A DNA stretch of 64,000 bases from Sphaerodactylus townsendi (taxonomy: Eukaryota): NCBI RefSeq assembly GCF_021028975.2, contig NC_059429.1, positions 78,740,001 through 78,804,000 of the forward strand. Direction: 5' to 3'. Every line of letters begins with the position of its first letter. Position 1 is the stretch's first letter. The notes beneath the pieces are model-generated. The model was given only the letters and a program-made list of their open reading frames with translations. It had not been told where the DNA came from and did no database searches. The position numbers and the translations under genes were made by a program. Shown one piece after another: positions 1 to 13,418 of the stretch.

Positions 1-79
1 GATGCTGAGTCATTCTGTTCTCATTGCAGAGTCATTCTAAAACTGCCTAGTTGAAAACAAACATTTGATTTTTTAACAG

Positions 80-308
80 GATCCAGTGAGTACACTGGAG
101 AGAGATCTAGCTCTGCAGCTTCAGATTGCTGAGGCTGCACGGTGTCTCTCCCGGGAAGAGAATCTCACCAAGCAAGTCCGGAAGCGCCGAAAAAGTGCAG
201 TACTGAAGGAGGAAAAAAAGCTGAAGGACTTGGAGCAAGCCCTCGATGAATACCGCCTGGCAGCCCGGCATTTGACACCACTAAGGGCCAGTGCCCCAGC
301 CTTAGAAG
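80..308 (+). CDS. INAVA: INAVA coding exon (DPVSTLERDL...APALE), coiled-coil/CUPID region
   Basis: ttttaacag|GAT ... GAAG|gtgagc; 229 nt, phase 0 to 1. Confidence 0.92.
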
Positions 309-1761
309 GTGAGCTGGATCCCTGATGCTGTTGGGTCAGATCCCAGGCCTGAAAGACACTGAGATACCTTGGGGTGGATTCAGAATGCAAAGCCTTTAGA
401 AGCAGGTTGAGAACTGAGCTCATTTTGCTTTGGAAACAGATGTCATAATTATAATATATACAGGGGAGCGTTCTGTTTGAGCATTGTAGTTTAAATGGCA
501 TTAAACTGAAGGAGTAAGTAGATAAGGAGGAATTTTTGTAACTATTAAAAATATTTGGGAAATTGGAAAGTGGTTGGCAAATCCCTCAAAGTCATAAGTA
601 GGTCACATTAACTTCTGACAGGTCTAGTTTATTTGGAAATCATCCCAATTCAAGGCAGGAAGTTGCCCATGTACAGCTTTTTCCTGTCCTAGTAATCTAC
701 AAACTGCAGTTTTCTGTAAGCGATTGCCAAAGAGAGCTTAAGAAAGAACAGGGAGGACTGGCTAGAGGAAGATGCATGTAGAGACTAGACTTGGATGACG
801 CAAAATCCTGCAGCACAAGATTAACCCCTAGGTAGTAGACAGTTCTGACTCCTTTTTCAGTTGAAACTGCTTCCTTTTATACCAGCTACCCTTCCGCTCT
901 TTGCTGTGAGAGCAGTGGCACACATCTCCACCCAGTCTAGGTATTCCACTAAGAAAGTGCCTGCATTAGGGACTCCTCTGTGGGAACAGATATCTGGCTC
1001 CTTGCATTCACATGAGGTGAACTATTCCACCTTTGCCATGCTGATGAGCAGACTTATGTAAGTTATTCAAGAGGTCTGTTGAATGGGATCACCAAGGAAT
1101 TCCCCTACCCCCCATGTTACCCTTAGTGGACAGTAAAATCAACTCAGTGACCAGCAGCTGTAATCCAGCACGGAATTAAGGACATTCAGACTCAAATACA
1201 TTTGCTTAAGGTTGCTTAACCTTGTGTTGAACTGTGGCTGGCTTGTTTTATTTGTGCTGCTTGTGAAGGGTGATTTTTCATTTTAAATTCCTGTTTCAGT
1301 ATTTTGGTGTGGGAGGAAGCTGCCCTAAATACAAGTCCTCTTAGTCAGATTATTATTCATCTGCTGTACCTGGAACCAGATCTTTGAATGGGGTACAGTT
1401 AGATCCTTAGGTGGTGTGCTCTGAATCTTTCAGAATGATCACAAATAATTTTTTCTTGGCTGAGATGCTTAGAAATATTTATACATCTGACCATGTGTCA
1501 TACCATTGATCCATCTTGTTCAGTCATCTACAGCTCTTCATATTTTGCAAAAGACCCAAGTTTCCCCTTGCTTTTACTTTCTGACATTCTTTAATTTGAG
1601 ATGCCAGGGATGAAACTTGGGAGCTTCTGCATGCAGTATATATGCTTGTCCACAGTGCCACAACCCTTCTGCAGACCCTTGTTTGTGAGCATCAGAAAGT
1701 ATTAAGAACTGCTTGAAAATCTGGATTTGAAGTTTGTGCCTGTCTTTGTTGTCTCCCCCAG

Positions 1762-1815
1762 AGTTTAGTGCCTCTGATGAGAGTTCCCTGTCTGACGTTG
1801 CCCTAGTAGAAGAAG
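1762..1815 (+). CDS. INAVA: INAVA coding exon (EFSASDESSLSDVALVEE)
   Basis: ctcccccag|AG ... GAAG|gtaagc; 54 nt, phase 1 to 1. Confidence 0.88.
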
Positions 1816-2887
1816 GTAAGCTAGTGGACTGTGCTTTCAACACTGTCATCATCTTGCTGTTGTGTCTTCCCACAAACTGGAAGACAAGCTTTGAGCAGTA
1901 GGTTTCAGCTTTTCCTAAGGTGGGGTTTTCTTACTTATGCTGGGGATCTCTTCGAGAGTTCAGCATTCTCCATGACACTTTTGCAATTTAATAAAATATT
2001 ATGGGCGACTCTCCTTTCCCTCCAGGCCCACAGCACTCCCGTGAACACCCCCTGTAGCCTTATGGAACAATAACACATTTCCTGGCTATAAAATCCCAAG
2101 CCTAGTTTCATACTTCAAAATGAGGGCTGCTTAGCTTGCCTACCCTGCCGAGCAACTCAGTGTGTCTGAGGAAGCTGGAAGCATATTTTCACGCTGCTGT
2201 GAGAAAGAAGCTTGCCTGTTTTAAATATTAAAGTGTAAGCCAAAGGGAAAATAGCCTTGCCAAAATTTAGTTGCAGTCTCACAGTTGCCGGGAACTTTCA
2301 CTGTGGACTTTCATATTTTTGTAGAAGGAAACATGGCTGGCACTTCAACTATTAATATCTAGTGGGCAGCCTACAATTCTACTTGGAGCTGGGTAGTGCT
2401 ATACGCAGATGCATGTGCTCTCTCTCACACAGGCACATGGGATTTTTAAAAGTTCGTATTGATGTCAGTTTCTGATTTCTGATTCATATTAAGAACTTGG
2501 TCATAATACATAACTAAGCTCGGGGACAGGGAAAGGAATTAGTAGATTTCTCTACCAAAAGGCTCAGGAAGAAGGCTTGAATTTTAAGATTGAGAGTGAC
2601 TGACATATCAGTCTGTTTGACCTTTGCCCATGAAAACCTGCCAAGGTTCAGCAGCCTGTATCCTAAGGGGCCTTCCCCCAACACATGGCTCTTTCTCTAG
2701 CCAAAGAGGCTGGAGGAAAGCTCCTTAGGCTGGAGGAACTGACTCCAGCCTATGAGTTGGTTTGAGAGCTCAGTTGTGGCAACTGGACGGTTAAGGGAAC
2801 CAAGAAAATAAAGCAGTTGTAAAATAAAGCAGTTGTAACCTTCTCAGTGCTAGTTTTCACAAACTGTTCCGTTTTTCTCTTGTTAAG

Positions 2888-3116
2888 GACCCCAGCTGCT
2901 GAACTCTCCTCCATCAAAACCTACTCCCTTGGCTCATCAACCTTTACATGGTTCTTCATCTCAGCCTCCTCCTGATAACTTGCCAGAAGGGCAGATCCAC
3001 TACCAACCCACAGAACTGGAAAGTGCACCCATCCAGAACAGCCCCTGGAAGGAGACCAGTCTGGATAAGCCCTACAAGAAGACCAAGAAACCTACTGAGC
3101 CTACCAGCATACCAAG
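2888..3116 (+). CDS. INAVA: INAVA coding exon (GPQLLNSPP...SPWKETSLDKPYKK...SIP)
   Basis: tctcttgttaag|GA ... CCAAG|gtcaaa (weak donor); phase 1 to 2; contains SPWKETSLDxPY motif. Confidence 0.8.
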
Positions 3117-3770
3117 GTCAAACCCATTCACTAGTCTGACTACTTCTTCCCTAGGTCCAGCTCCTTGTCTCAGGATGTGTCTGTCTGAGGCTGAAAAGAA
3201 TTGTCATGTAACATGTATATGCCAGCAATATCAAGCCTAATGTCGTATCCAGTTGATTTTGAACTGTCTGCTGACTGAAGGTCGCTGGCACAAACTTCAT
3301 CTTAAGATTGAGTTTTAGTTTCCCTCTACCTGTAATATGAGGATAGCAATACCAGTTTTCTTTACAAAGATGCTATAAAATTTGAGAAAAAAGTACATGT
3401 GGACTTTCAGCACTTAACAAAGTTGTTAAAATGGTAGGATCGAACACAGACATTTTCAGACTGAATGTACATTTCCATCAAATACAGGCTGCACAGCTAT
3501 ATATTACAAAAGGCAAAAATGAAGAAAGCACTTCAGTGTCATGTGTGGAAAATGCCTTTTCAGACATGGTTATGTGGTCCAGTTAACTGATTGAGAGTAG
3601 CTACCTTTGTGGGCATACTTGAGCCTACTATTCTTTACCTTTGCTTCTTTTGCTGGTGGAAAGGAAATTCAGCACCCTCTAACCAGAGCCTCTTATTACT
3701 TGGCTTCTAGCAAAAGGTCATCACTATTGTGACGTCTTCTCACTTCTTGCTCTCTTGTATTTTCTAACAG

Positions 3771-3944
3771 TAGCCCAGGCCTGATGCCCCAGCCGGCACC
3801 CAGCTCTACGGCTCAGAGGATAGCTGAACCACCTTTGTGCCACTTCGTTCCTGTGAGGAAGACAGAAGTCAGGAGACAGACTGGCTCTAGTGCCCCACCT
3901 ACACCTGAGTTTCTGGGAAGGAGAGGGCAGTCCCAAGCCATAAG
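3771..3944 (+). CDS. INAVA: INAVA coding exon (SSPGLMPQ...RRQTGSSAPPTPEFLGRRGQSQAI)
   Basis: ttttctaacag|T ... ATAAG|gtacag; 174 nt, phase 2 to 2. Confidence 0.85.
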
Positions 3945-5003
3945 GTACAGTAGAGCCATGAAGTAAATGGGTATATTCATCGTTCAATTACTGTTGCAAG
4001 CAAAAGAAGCAATTATATGCAACGGTGATAATCTGTACAATGTACACAGGTGATACAATTGGGTTTTTCTTTTTTGGAGAATTGAGGGTACAAGTGCAGA
4101 AACTGGTTTAACCCCCCCCCCCCCCCCCCCCCACAGCATAATACACACATCTCTAAAGTAACTTCCCTTTTCTGAGTTACTGGCAAGAAAGGTAGAAGCC
4201 TGGATTGAATATAAAAGGTTTTTGTTGCTTGATTTCACAGATCCATCTCTGTAAACAGCCCAGAGAAAACTAAATGTTGTAGCTGGAGAAGAATCTGAAT
4301 TTAGCTATCTGCACTCCAAATGCAACACTCTGGGTATTAGACCACAGTGGCTTGTTATAACAGAGCCTGCCAGGTTCTTCTCATGTTTTTGCTGCTCCTG
4401 CAAAACTAATTGCCTGTGTTTGGCATTGTAGGTCATTGTAGGCCTGTTTTAGTAGACTAGAATTGAATTGGTGGCAGCTTGGAAGGGAAAGGGACATTGT
4501 CCAATGGAAAACGCTAGCTTTTTCTTTCTTCTCAGTTTAAAGTTTATCAGGGACACCATTTGAAACCTATTTCTAAGGCCACGTATGACTCTACCAGCCT
4601 TGTTTATTGCATTTATGCTGCCACAGTTTCACATAAGGAATTGCCAATTACATACTCATTAAATACTGTTATGGTTCTAAAATCACATAGCCTATTTGAT
4701 TTTGTCTGAGTCAGTGTTGGCTGATTGACTTGAAGTTCATGATTTGTGACATGTTTTCACAAGGAAAAGTCTTGATTTACAAAAACAAGCATTCTTCCCA
4801 TCCAAAAAAGCCTTCCTTTAATTGCACCTCTTATAATTTTGGTGTCAAATTTGATATGAAGTTACTGAAACTCAAACACTGGACTCCAGCTGACTCTATT
4901 TAGCTTAACCAGATTTGGGGAGGACAATGCCTGATTTATGCTCTGTGAGAGAGCAGGAACTCTTAATATGTGTGGTGTTTAACCTGATTCTTCTGGCCCA
5001 CAG

Positions 5004-5736
5004 AATGTGTTCATCCAGGGAAGGCATGGAATCCCGTGGAAGAAGTGCACTGCCAAGGCGGCGTCCCACCTACTACACAGTCACCGTTCCTGAATATTGC
5101 TTCTCAGCACCCAAATCCAATCCAACCATCCAGCCTACCTATCACTCTGCGTCAGAAGACAGCAATTCAGATGTCTCCAGCATCTCCTATACAACATCGG
5201 CTGGCAGCAGCAGCCCTGACATCTCTTTCCTGAAGCCAATACCCCCAACACCCATGGAAGAGGCTTTGCAGCCATTCCAGAGCCAGGTCTGCAAGGGACA
5301 TGAAGCAGGATACCACTCTCAGGGTCCTCAGAAGATGCTGTCAGCCCCAGGCTACTTCTCTGCCATAGAGTATGCAACTGAGTGCCTCCTGCCTGCTGGG
5401 AGGGAGCCCTGCTATGGCCGGCCACACTTTCCCTCTGCCAGCTCAGCCCCCTTTGCATACAAGGAAGAAGCAATGTCACTGAGATTTCACGGGTCAATTG
5501 TTTCTCAAAGCAGGGTGGTGCGTACACCTTCTCTGAAGGACTGCCTCCCTCGCCCTTCCACAGGCACTTGGGTCTTGTCTAAGTCAGCTGTGACAGAAGA
5601 ACTAAAATCATGGCATGAACGGACCCGCCTGCGCAATGCACGGCCACATTCACTGGACCGGCAAGGTGCTTTCCGTATGCGCAGTGGGCCAGGTAGAGAG
5701 TTACGCACTGCATGTTCCATGGGACAGCAAACACAG
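5004..5736 (+). CDS. INAVA: INAVA large coding exon (RGRSALPRRRPTYYTVTVP...SEDSNSDVSSISY...TEELKSWHERTRLRNARPHSLDRQGAFR...TQ)
   Basis: ggcccacag|A ... ACACAG|gtaagg; 733 nt, phase 2 to 0; lies in ORF 4915..5748. Confidence 0.93.
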
Positions 5737-6603
5737 GTAAGGACTTAATTAGGGCTGCTAGACTGCCCAGGGAGAGAAGAGCCAGTTTCTTCATTTCTGT
5801 CCTTGCACTGCCTGTAATTTAATGCTGGTTGGATAAAAAGCTAGTATGCCAGACATATCAGCCTAAATCTGAAGGATCAGCCTTTATCTGTCTTGCCATA
5901 AACAACATGAGCCCAGCCCTACAACTGCAAGAGGCCTTAAGGGGGTGGATTATCTGGGCTCAAAAGAAACAGAAACTAAACTCTGTCCTAGTCAATTTGC
6001 CTGTGCCTGGAGAAATGGATGAAAAGGCTATGAACTGAATTTCATTAGCAAGCCACTGCATTGTCTGCCTGTACTCCATAACCCTCTAAGGTGGGATTTG
6101 TGTTGCGGCTGAACTGGTGGTTCTTCTTGAGCCCTTCATGGTTTATCCCTCTTGGCATGCTGGTCCATGTGACTTTGGAGGTGGAGTCAGTCAAAACAGA
6201 ACCTGCAGTTCAAAGCTGGGCTCTACCTGGCTAGGTCCAGTTTTAAATTTCAGACTTTGGAGCAGTTTGAAGCTAGACCCACCTGAGCACAACTCTGCAC
6301 TGCATGCCCTCCTTGAACACCACACAGAGTTAGGGGGGTGGTGGTGTTGTTGGCATGCAGCTGAATGCTTGCTCCACATATCTTTAGAAGATACATCCCT
6401 GGCAAAATGTACTCCTTGGATATGAATCCTTGTTGCCCATAACTAAAGATCCCTTTCCTGGCTTGCTCTTTTCCTGCATTTAAACAAAGAACAAGTAAAA
6501 TGGTTATGGATTATATCTGCCTAAGCAGGTCTACTCAAAAGTAAGTCCCGTTTTAGTCAATGGCACTTACTCCCAAGGAAAGTGTTCTTAGAGTTGTATC
6601 AGA

Positions 6604-7795
6604 AGGTGTTTCCCACATGAGGACAGGCTTGTGTGGATTCTCTGTTGCTGCTGCATCTGCTGATACAGCGTAGCAACAACAGGGCATCCACAGGATGTGT
6701 TTCCCGGCATTTTATTTGCCCCAGCAGCATCTGTTTCCCCACTACCCAAACGTGGGCCCTTTCAGTTTTTTTAAAATCAGCAATGAAATATTGTCATTAT
6801 ATATAGAAAATCTGTCTAGTGGGTTTTCTGAAATCTGACCTTTCCGTTTTAAAAAGGCTCTAGCCCCTCCTGTTGCCAAGGGGGAAGCATATTTCTGCAA
6901 GGAAAGATTTTAGGGACTTAAAAAAATATGCAAGGCCTCTCTCTTTCTGCCTCTCCCTTGCACACATTGGCCAATTGCACACAAGGTGTTTGCTTGTAGT
7001 AGAGGCGAATGTCCGCCTTGGCAAGATTTCTTGTATGGACGTATTTCCTCTAGCCCTGCTTTTGCTCTCCACTCTCTCTGCAACAAGCAAATCCACTTAT
7101 AGCATGATTTTAATTTTGCTTCACTGCTAGAGCAGGACAGATTTGCCCCAGACCTCTTCCCTCTGCTTGCAGCCAGCCCACCTCGTCTTACCCTCACCAC
7201 ACTTTCTTGCACTGCTTTGCATGCTTCCCCCTCGCCCTCCTCCCTGTTGCCGATTATTTCCCACTACTGGTCCAGCTGTATCACTTCTGTTGCCCATGGC
7301 CTCCCCACTCCAGCATATCTTTAGCTTAAAAAAATAGCCATATTGATAGATCAATAAATTGATACTAATAGTAAAAAAGGTAAAAATAATAAGACTAGTT
7401 GATCAATCCAAACATCTGATTTGCCCCTGCATTTGATCAACAAACTGGGACATCGGCTGCCTCATAGTTTTATACACAAGCAATTAGTGATTCCAGACCG
7501 CACTGGGAAAAGTCCATTGGTCTTGACACCTGGGTTTACAGCACATTGGGAGACGGACGATTGAGAACGTGGGGAGCTTAGCAAACAGCCTTTTGCGGTT
7601 TTGCATACTACCATTACTCCCCCCTTCCTTCCCACCATAAAAGACAATCAGTGTTTGGGTAAAGCGTACAGATGCCGTATTCAAGACTTTTTGCCTTTTT
7701 CATGTTGATATATTGATCTATTAGTAGACTGATATATTGCTCTATTGATAAGATTAAAGGTTGATAGGATGGTAGTGCATTCTGGGAAACTACCT
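6604..7795. mobile_element. Old non-autonomous DNA transposon, probably PIF/Harbinger-like
   Basis: Imperfect terminal inverted repeats aggtgtttcccacatg / cattctgggaaactacct; internal 6971-7146 segment recurs diverged at ~27104-27256. Confidence 0.4.
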
Positions 7796-9948
7796 TGGGA
7801 AATATTTTCAGTGAATGGAGTTACGCACACCATGGACAACCCTGTTTTTAGCTTAAAGAATTAGGTCTTCTGTCATGCGTGCAAAAGTTGCACAACACAC
7901 GCAGTTCTTTCCTCCCTGGGCAGCTCCCTTGCCTGCAGCACAAGGCAGAGGCCTACACCATGCAAGTAAGAACTTGCCCTTGGATTCCTCCCTTCCTGTT
8001 CAGTGCCTACCTTCCCTATTTGGAAACAGACCCAAGAAGTGTTAATCAGGCAACCCTCTGCTGCATTAGGAAGTAGCTGTAGGAGCAAAAGAGGTCCCCC
8101 CCCCCCGATTCTGTACATAAAACACGTTTTTACCCAACACATCTTCTGAGAAATGATAGAAGACCCAACTAGATAAATTCCTGGAAATGCTCAGAGTCCC
8201 TTATTGGGGTGCATGCTCATTGTTAGAAGGCCTGGTCTTGGAGGGAAGGGCCAGAATATCCAGTACATCCAATACATGGCCTAAGTTCTTGTCTAAGCAG
8301 TTCATTAATGCAGATGAACTGTGCTCTGCCTTTATAACATATATGGAGAAACAGGAATTTTCTTGCCTAACCCAGGGAAGTAATAAGGATAATTTTTTTT
8401 CTGGACTGATCATGTAGCTTTGTAGGTGCTGGGCCCTTGGGCATAGATGGACAGAGAGTGTGTGAATAATGGGCAAAAACTCTCAGATTTTTGCTCCATT
8501 ATTAAGAATCTCAGAATTACTATTATACCATCAGTGTGTCTGGTGCTTTACAGAACATAAGATGGGAACTTTGTCCTCAAATCTGGCATAAGGGAGACAT
8601 CAAATGGAAGACAGAAAGGTAGAGGTGGGGGTCAACAGGGGAAGAATATTGCAAGTGGTTAGCATTGTGACTTCAGCAACAAAATAAAACAGATTCCAGT
8701 GGCAATTTAGAGACTAATACAGTTTATTCCAGCATAAGTCAAGGTTCACTTCATGAGATGCAGGAAGGCCGATGAATTTATATTAAAGGCTAAAACCCAC
8801 AGAAAGGTGGAAGCAAGTGGGTGGGTGGGGAAGAAGTGTTACAAAGAGAGACCAGTTTAAAACAAGATGCAGTCGGGTGACAGTGGGTGAGGACCGCTCC
8901 CATTTGTTGATAGGTAGGCAACATAGGATTACCATATCATTGGATCTAGGAAAGTGCAAGATGAAACATGAAAAGCTGATCCAATAAGAAAGCTATAGAG
9001 ATACAGCTGAATTAAGTAACAGATGTAGGGATGGGAATAGGTAAGATAGTATTGCTGCAGTGGGTGAGGAGTGGGGGAATTACTTTGTAGAAAAAGAGTG
9101 ACTTTTAGGTTAGCAGCAGCATGCCCTGGAAGAAAATGCATTTAATCCAGTGCCATATGCTCAGGCTTCATTTGGGAAGGTAGATTATGTCTAAGGCCTC
9201 AAGAAAAAGGTAGCTTTTGAGGAAAGATTTGAAAGAAATAAGCATTAGTTTGAATAAACATTAGATTGAGACCCAGAGGATGCCAGAGGCTGGCTTCTGC
9301 CTCCCCGGCCTCCCTGCTGACAGGGAGCCCAGCTCTCGGGCAGGAGCTGGCCTGCGGCTGCGACTCAGCAGCAGGTGGCTCAGGCGGGTGCTGCGGCCCC
9401 AGCTGGCCTCCCTGTCAGCAGGGAGGCCAGGGAGTGCAGGAGCTGGCCTACGGCCACGGCGCCTACCTGAGCAGCACAGAGGGAGCCACCAGGTGCCCAC
9501 TCCCACATGATCAAATGGCATTCACCCAGGGACATGGAATACGCACTGGATAAAGATCTTAATAGGCGATTTCTTCCACAATTAATTAGATGGCTCATTC
9601 TCTTTAATCTTGTCAAGAAAGCCTAAATGTAATATCACTAATAGTCCTGGGCAGAAATCTGACAACGCTTTAAACACCTTTGAGCATCTGTGAATGGAAG
9701 AAGCAGCAGAGATTCTACTGGAAATTTTACTGTTGCGTAGCTCAATAGTAGCAATGTCATCACTTCTGTCATTAAATATGTAGCTTGTCACATCTTTCTT
9801 GAAAGAGAGTTAGTGACTTTAAGCTCTTGCAAGTACCTTTTTTACTCTTTCTCAGTGTGGGAAATAATTTCTAATGGCAGCTGTCTCTCTACTGTGGAGC
9901 TACACTGTTGCAGCAGATGTATTAAAATCTGTCCATTGAACTCTGCAG

Positions 9949-10041
9949 GTTCCTCGTGTCCATATTCTGAAACGCTCTCCTGAAGGAGCCCCTGTGCAGG
10001 TCTACGTGCCGGAGAACGGGGAAATCATTACTCAGGTCTAG
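9949..10041 (+). CDS. INAVA: INAVA terminal coding exon VPRVHILKRSPEGAPVQVYVPENGEIITQV*
   Basis: ctctgcag|GTT, phase 0, TAG at 10039-10041; below the ORF-track length cutoff. Confidence 0.92.
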   Translation, partial: VPRVHILKRSPEGAPVQVYVPENGEIITQV

Positions 10042-13000
10042 CAAGCTACTGAAGCTCCACCTGCCTCAAAGAATCAGGCATCGTCAGCCGGCTGACTTAC
10101 TTGAAGACGAAGAAGCAGTCCCAGGCCAAACTTTGGCTGGCTCTTTGGCCTGCTATTCCTGCTACTTGAATAGAAGATTTAAGATCTATGCTGGAAACTA
10201 CAGATGACTACTCAGCCAGTCCCTTTTGTTTTCTGTGCTGAATTCAACACAGTAGATTGGCTGACTCGGAGAGTTGTGTTTTTTTTAGCTGTGGACTCTG
10301 TGGAATACACAAGACAGCAAGAACCAACGGCATGAATGTTTCTTTGCCTATTTATTCATCTGTCTGCTACAATGGGATGCTTGAAACTTAGCAGAGCAAT
10401 GTCAGCTACCTTAATTTCAGATGCCTGCTAGGAAGGGAATCTCATCTGACCACATGGCTTGGCTCTCTGCTGTGGAATGTATGTGCTTTCCTAGATGCTC
10501 TGTAGTGGTTCTCTCCTCTGTTCTGACATCAAGCTCTACACTGGCAGCCAGCAAATCAGGCCAGACCAAATAAACTGGCAAGTCTTTTGAAGTGCAAATT
10601 ACACTCTTACGAGCGTGCCATGCCATAAGAAACTTTCATTCATGACTCTTGTGATAAATTTGGGTGTGTAGATCACAGATTTCTTATTTTCAGTTTTATT
10701 GGAAATTTCTACTAAAAAGACCCCATTTCATGGGTGAAATGTTGCTCTGTTCTGTATGTATCTAACCCTGACTCTAATTATTTCATGGAAGGGGGAAGAA
10801 TTTTTTTCCATATACAAAACAAGTCACTGTATTTAGTAACTTCCTCTTCTTGCTTACCAGACAACTTGTTATTTTACAGTTGACAAAATGTTCATGATTC
10901 TCTTGAATCGTAATGAGAAAGCTGCTATATACCAACTTTGGATGCAAAATAGGTGTGCTGCTCCCAGATCTGATACACAATAGAGAAGGGGTGCATTCTA
11001 TCCAACTTTCTAGGTGTCTAACATAATGTTTAATTCAACCACAGCCAGGCCCACCTTGCACAGGACTAAGTTTGTAATTTTTCTAGCCCTCCTAATTACC
11101 TGTCTGATTATAGAGCTTTAACATTTCCTGTAATAACCTTCCTTGGTCCAAGCAATTTAAATCACACCTGCACTGTAACCATTTTCTGGTCTTCTCATAG
11201 TATTTCTGAGTTTTGGTACCAGGTTAAGGTTGCTAACTTTTTTTTGTGACAGGGCACCTTTGACAGCTGCATGACTAGCAGAAATTCAGTTGTGGAACTT
11301 TTATTATATTTGCATTATTGTGTTAGAAGTTTCACTCACAATCTGCTGAAGTTCATACAGCTGCACAAGATCCTAGTCTAGACTGGATGAAATTTCTGGA
11401 GTCTAAGGAACCTCCCTCCATTTCTACGGAAGAAAGAGCCACATCAATTTTTTTTAAATCTCCTTATGCTGCTGGAAAGTTTCCCACTTTGCTTTGTGGA
11501 GTGGCAGAATACAGCCCAATGTAGCATAATGGCTAAGATTCCAACAAGCAAATCAGTTTGAGGATTTTGAATGGAGGTTATCCTAAGTTAACCTTTTAGA
11601 TATTTTCAGTGAGAATGCTACAGCATGTCTTGTTTTTGCCCCATCCTCTCAACCTACTTTTCAGATCTTCCCAGTCATTGGAATCCATCATTTGAGCAAC
11701 ATCACCACCTTCAGTGTAGCAGAGCAACTATGTGCTTTAGTCCCAGCCGAGCACCTGTGCCGCTGAGTCACACACTGTCATTCAGTATTGGCCTATCACC
11801 GGGGTTGAGATTAAAGATAAAAATTCCACTATAATTGCCTGAATTCTATGCCCCAGGAAATTGAATTCTATAGCCTGGGCACATTCATTCTGCAAGTTAA
11901 ACTTGGAAGACACTGAAGCCCCACTCGCTACTGGAAAACTATGCCCTATTCTTCCTCTGGTTTCTCAAATTTCAACAGGTATTGCCCTCACACAAATAAC
12001 TTGCCTTCTCAACCTTAGGAAACTGGCTCTTCCAATAATATAAACCGATCCTCAGCATCCTGTACTGTGCTTGTGGAATGCAGTCACAGAATGGACACAG
12101 CCCTTCCTTGTTGTGTTCTTCCTCATTGCCCTCTGCTGCAATGCTGTTATAAGCAGCCAAGTGTCTTTAACCTTTGGTTTTGTTTGTTTGATAGAGTAGG
12201 GATGCTAAATCACTAATTATGGTACCATAATGACTGAGTATGTGCAGTATCTGCAGAACACACAGTGCTATTGAGATTAACTTATTTGTTTAAGTTTCGC
12301 CTATTTGTAACAGTTGGTCTCGACTTACCTCTAAACAGCGTTAAAATGTATTTTAACATTTTATCTTGCGTGGACTGAATTATTTGAATTTGTGTGATCT
12401 GTTCCTTTACAGCTCTACTAGAACTTCTGACACGGTAACAGTCACAGTCAGCATTAGGTTTCCAGCCCCCAGTGCTCAGGTTCAAGGGCAGAAAGGGCAC
12501 AATTAGCTGATATGGAAGCGACAGTCTTCTCCCTTAGAATGCTTTGTTCCTTTGTAGCCACCAGGTGACTTCTTCCAAAGTATCCAACACCACAATAAAA
12601 ACATCAGTCATTAGAAAACACCACCATCAAATCATTTCAAGTCAGTAACATATGAAATTATCAATGAAGTCCAGCTGTAGGCCATGTCACCCAAAAGAAT
12701 TCACACAATGGATTTATCATAACTGTAACTTATAAACTTTAAGCACTGTATAAATGGCTCATACTGTGCAACAGCAGGAAAAGACCAAGCTCCAAGCATT
12801 TTGTCACATTTTTCCTCACCTTTCCTCCAGGGTGGTGAACATAGTTATCCCTGCATCTGTACGTTATCCTCATGCAACCCAGTCAGATTGAGAGACTGTT
12901 TGGCCCAAAGCCACCTGTAAGCTTCAGGGCTCAGAGGATATGAACCCAGGTCTTTGCAGCCCTTTAACCACTATGCCACATGGTTTGTCCTTTGTCAGGT

Positions 13001-13418
13001 ATACAAAACTAGGTAACACAAATGAAATGTGTGTAGAGGGATGGGCACTGTGTACCACCCTCACAGCCCACTAAAGTCAAAGCCCTGTAACAATAATTGA
13101 CTTCATTGGGTTTCAGCAAAAAGGCTGCGCATAATTTATTGAACTGATCCTGAATTGGTGTAAATGAGGAACTGGTGACAAACGAAAGTCTTACATAAGC
13201 TGCAGAAACTATTATTGACCAGCAAAAGTTACTTCCAAGTACCTTCCCTACACCCGAAGTTTTCTTGTCACATCAAAATTCTACTCCTTCAAACCAACCT
13301 CTAAATTGAATTTCCCCATCTTTGTCTTTACCTGACTGAGGGGTTTCCAGTTTTTCCCTACTCCCCCCCCCCCCCCCCCCGGGCAATCTCTTACTCACAG
13401 ATTTCATTAACAAGCTTA

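Larger units (their letters stand above)
80..10041 (+). other. INAVA: INAVA (innate immunity activator, C1orf106) gene, 3' part: six coding exons; 5' exons lie left of the window
   Basis: Six GT-AG exons splice in frame; N-terminal coiled-coil segment (LERDLALQLQIAEAAR...KRRKSAVLKEEKKLKDLE, CUPID/DUF3338 region) and C-terminus RSPEGAPVQVYVPENGEIITQV* match INAVA as I recall it; tail-to-tail with KIF21B as at human 1q32.1. Confidence 0.92.

Noticed and set aside
2805-2836. 16-bp tandem duplication (similar short ones near 40513 and 54885)
   Set aside because: Ordinary slippage events in introns with no evident consequence
4112-4132. C21 homopolymer (also C runs near 44625 and 58818)
   Set aside because: Simple mononucleotide tracts with unreliable lengths; no supporting context
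8692-8762. Second Penelope-like relic that might carry a hammerhead on the minus strand
   Set aside because: Core reads CTCATGA and the GAAA box is missing; too degenerate to call
9510-9830. Possible decayed coding sequence in the last INAVA intron
   Set aside because: No frame I translated gave a recognisable domain
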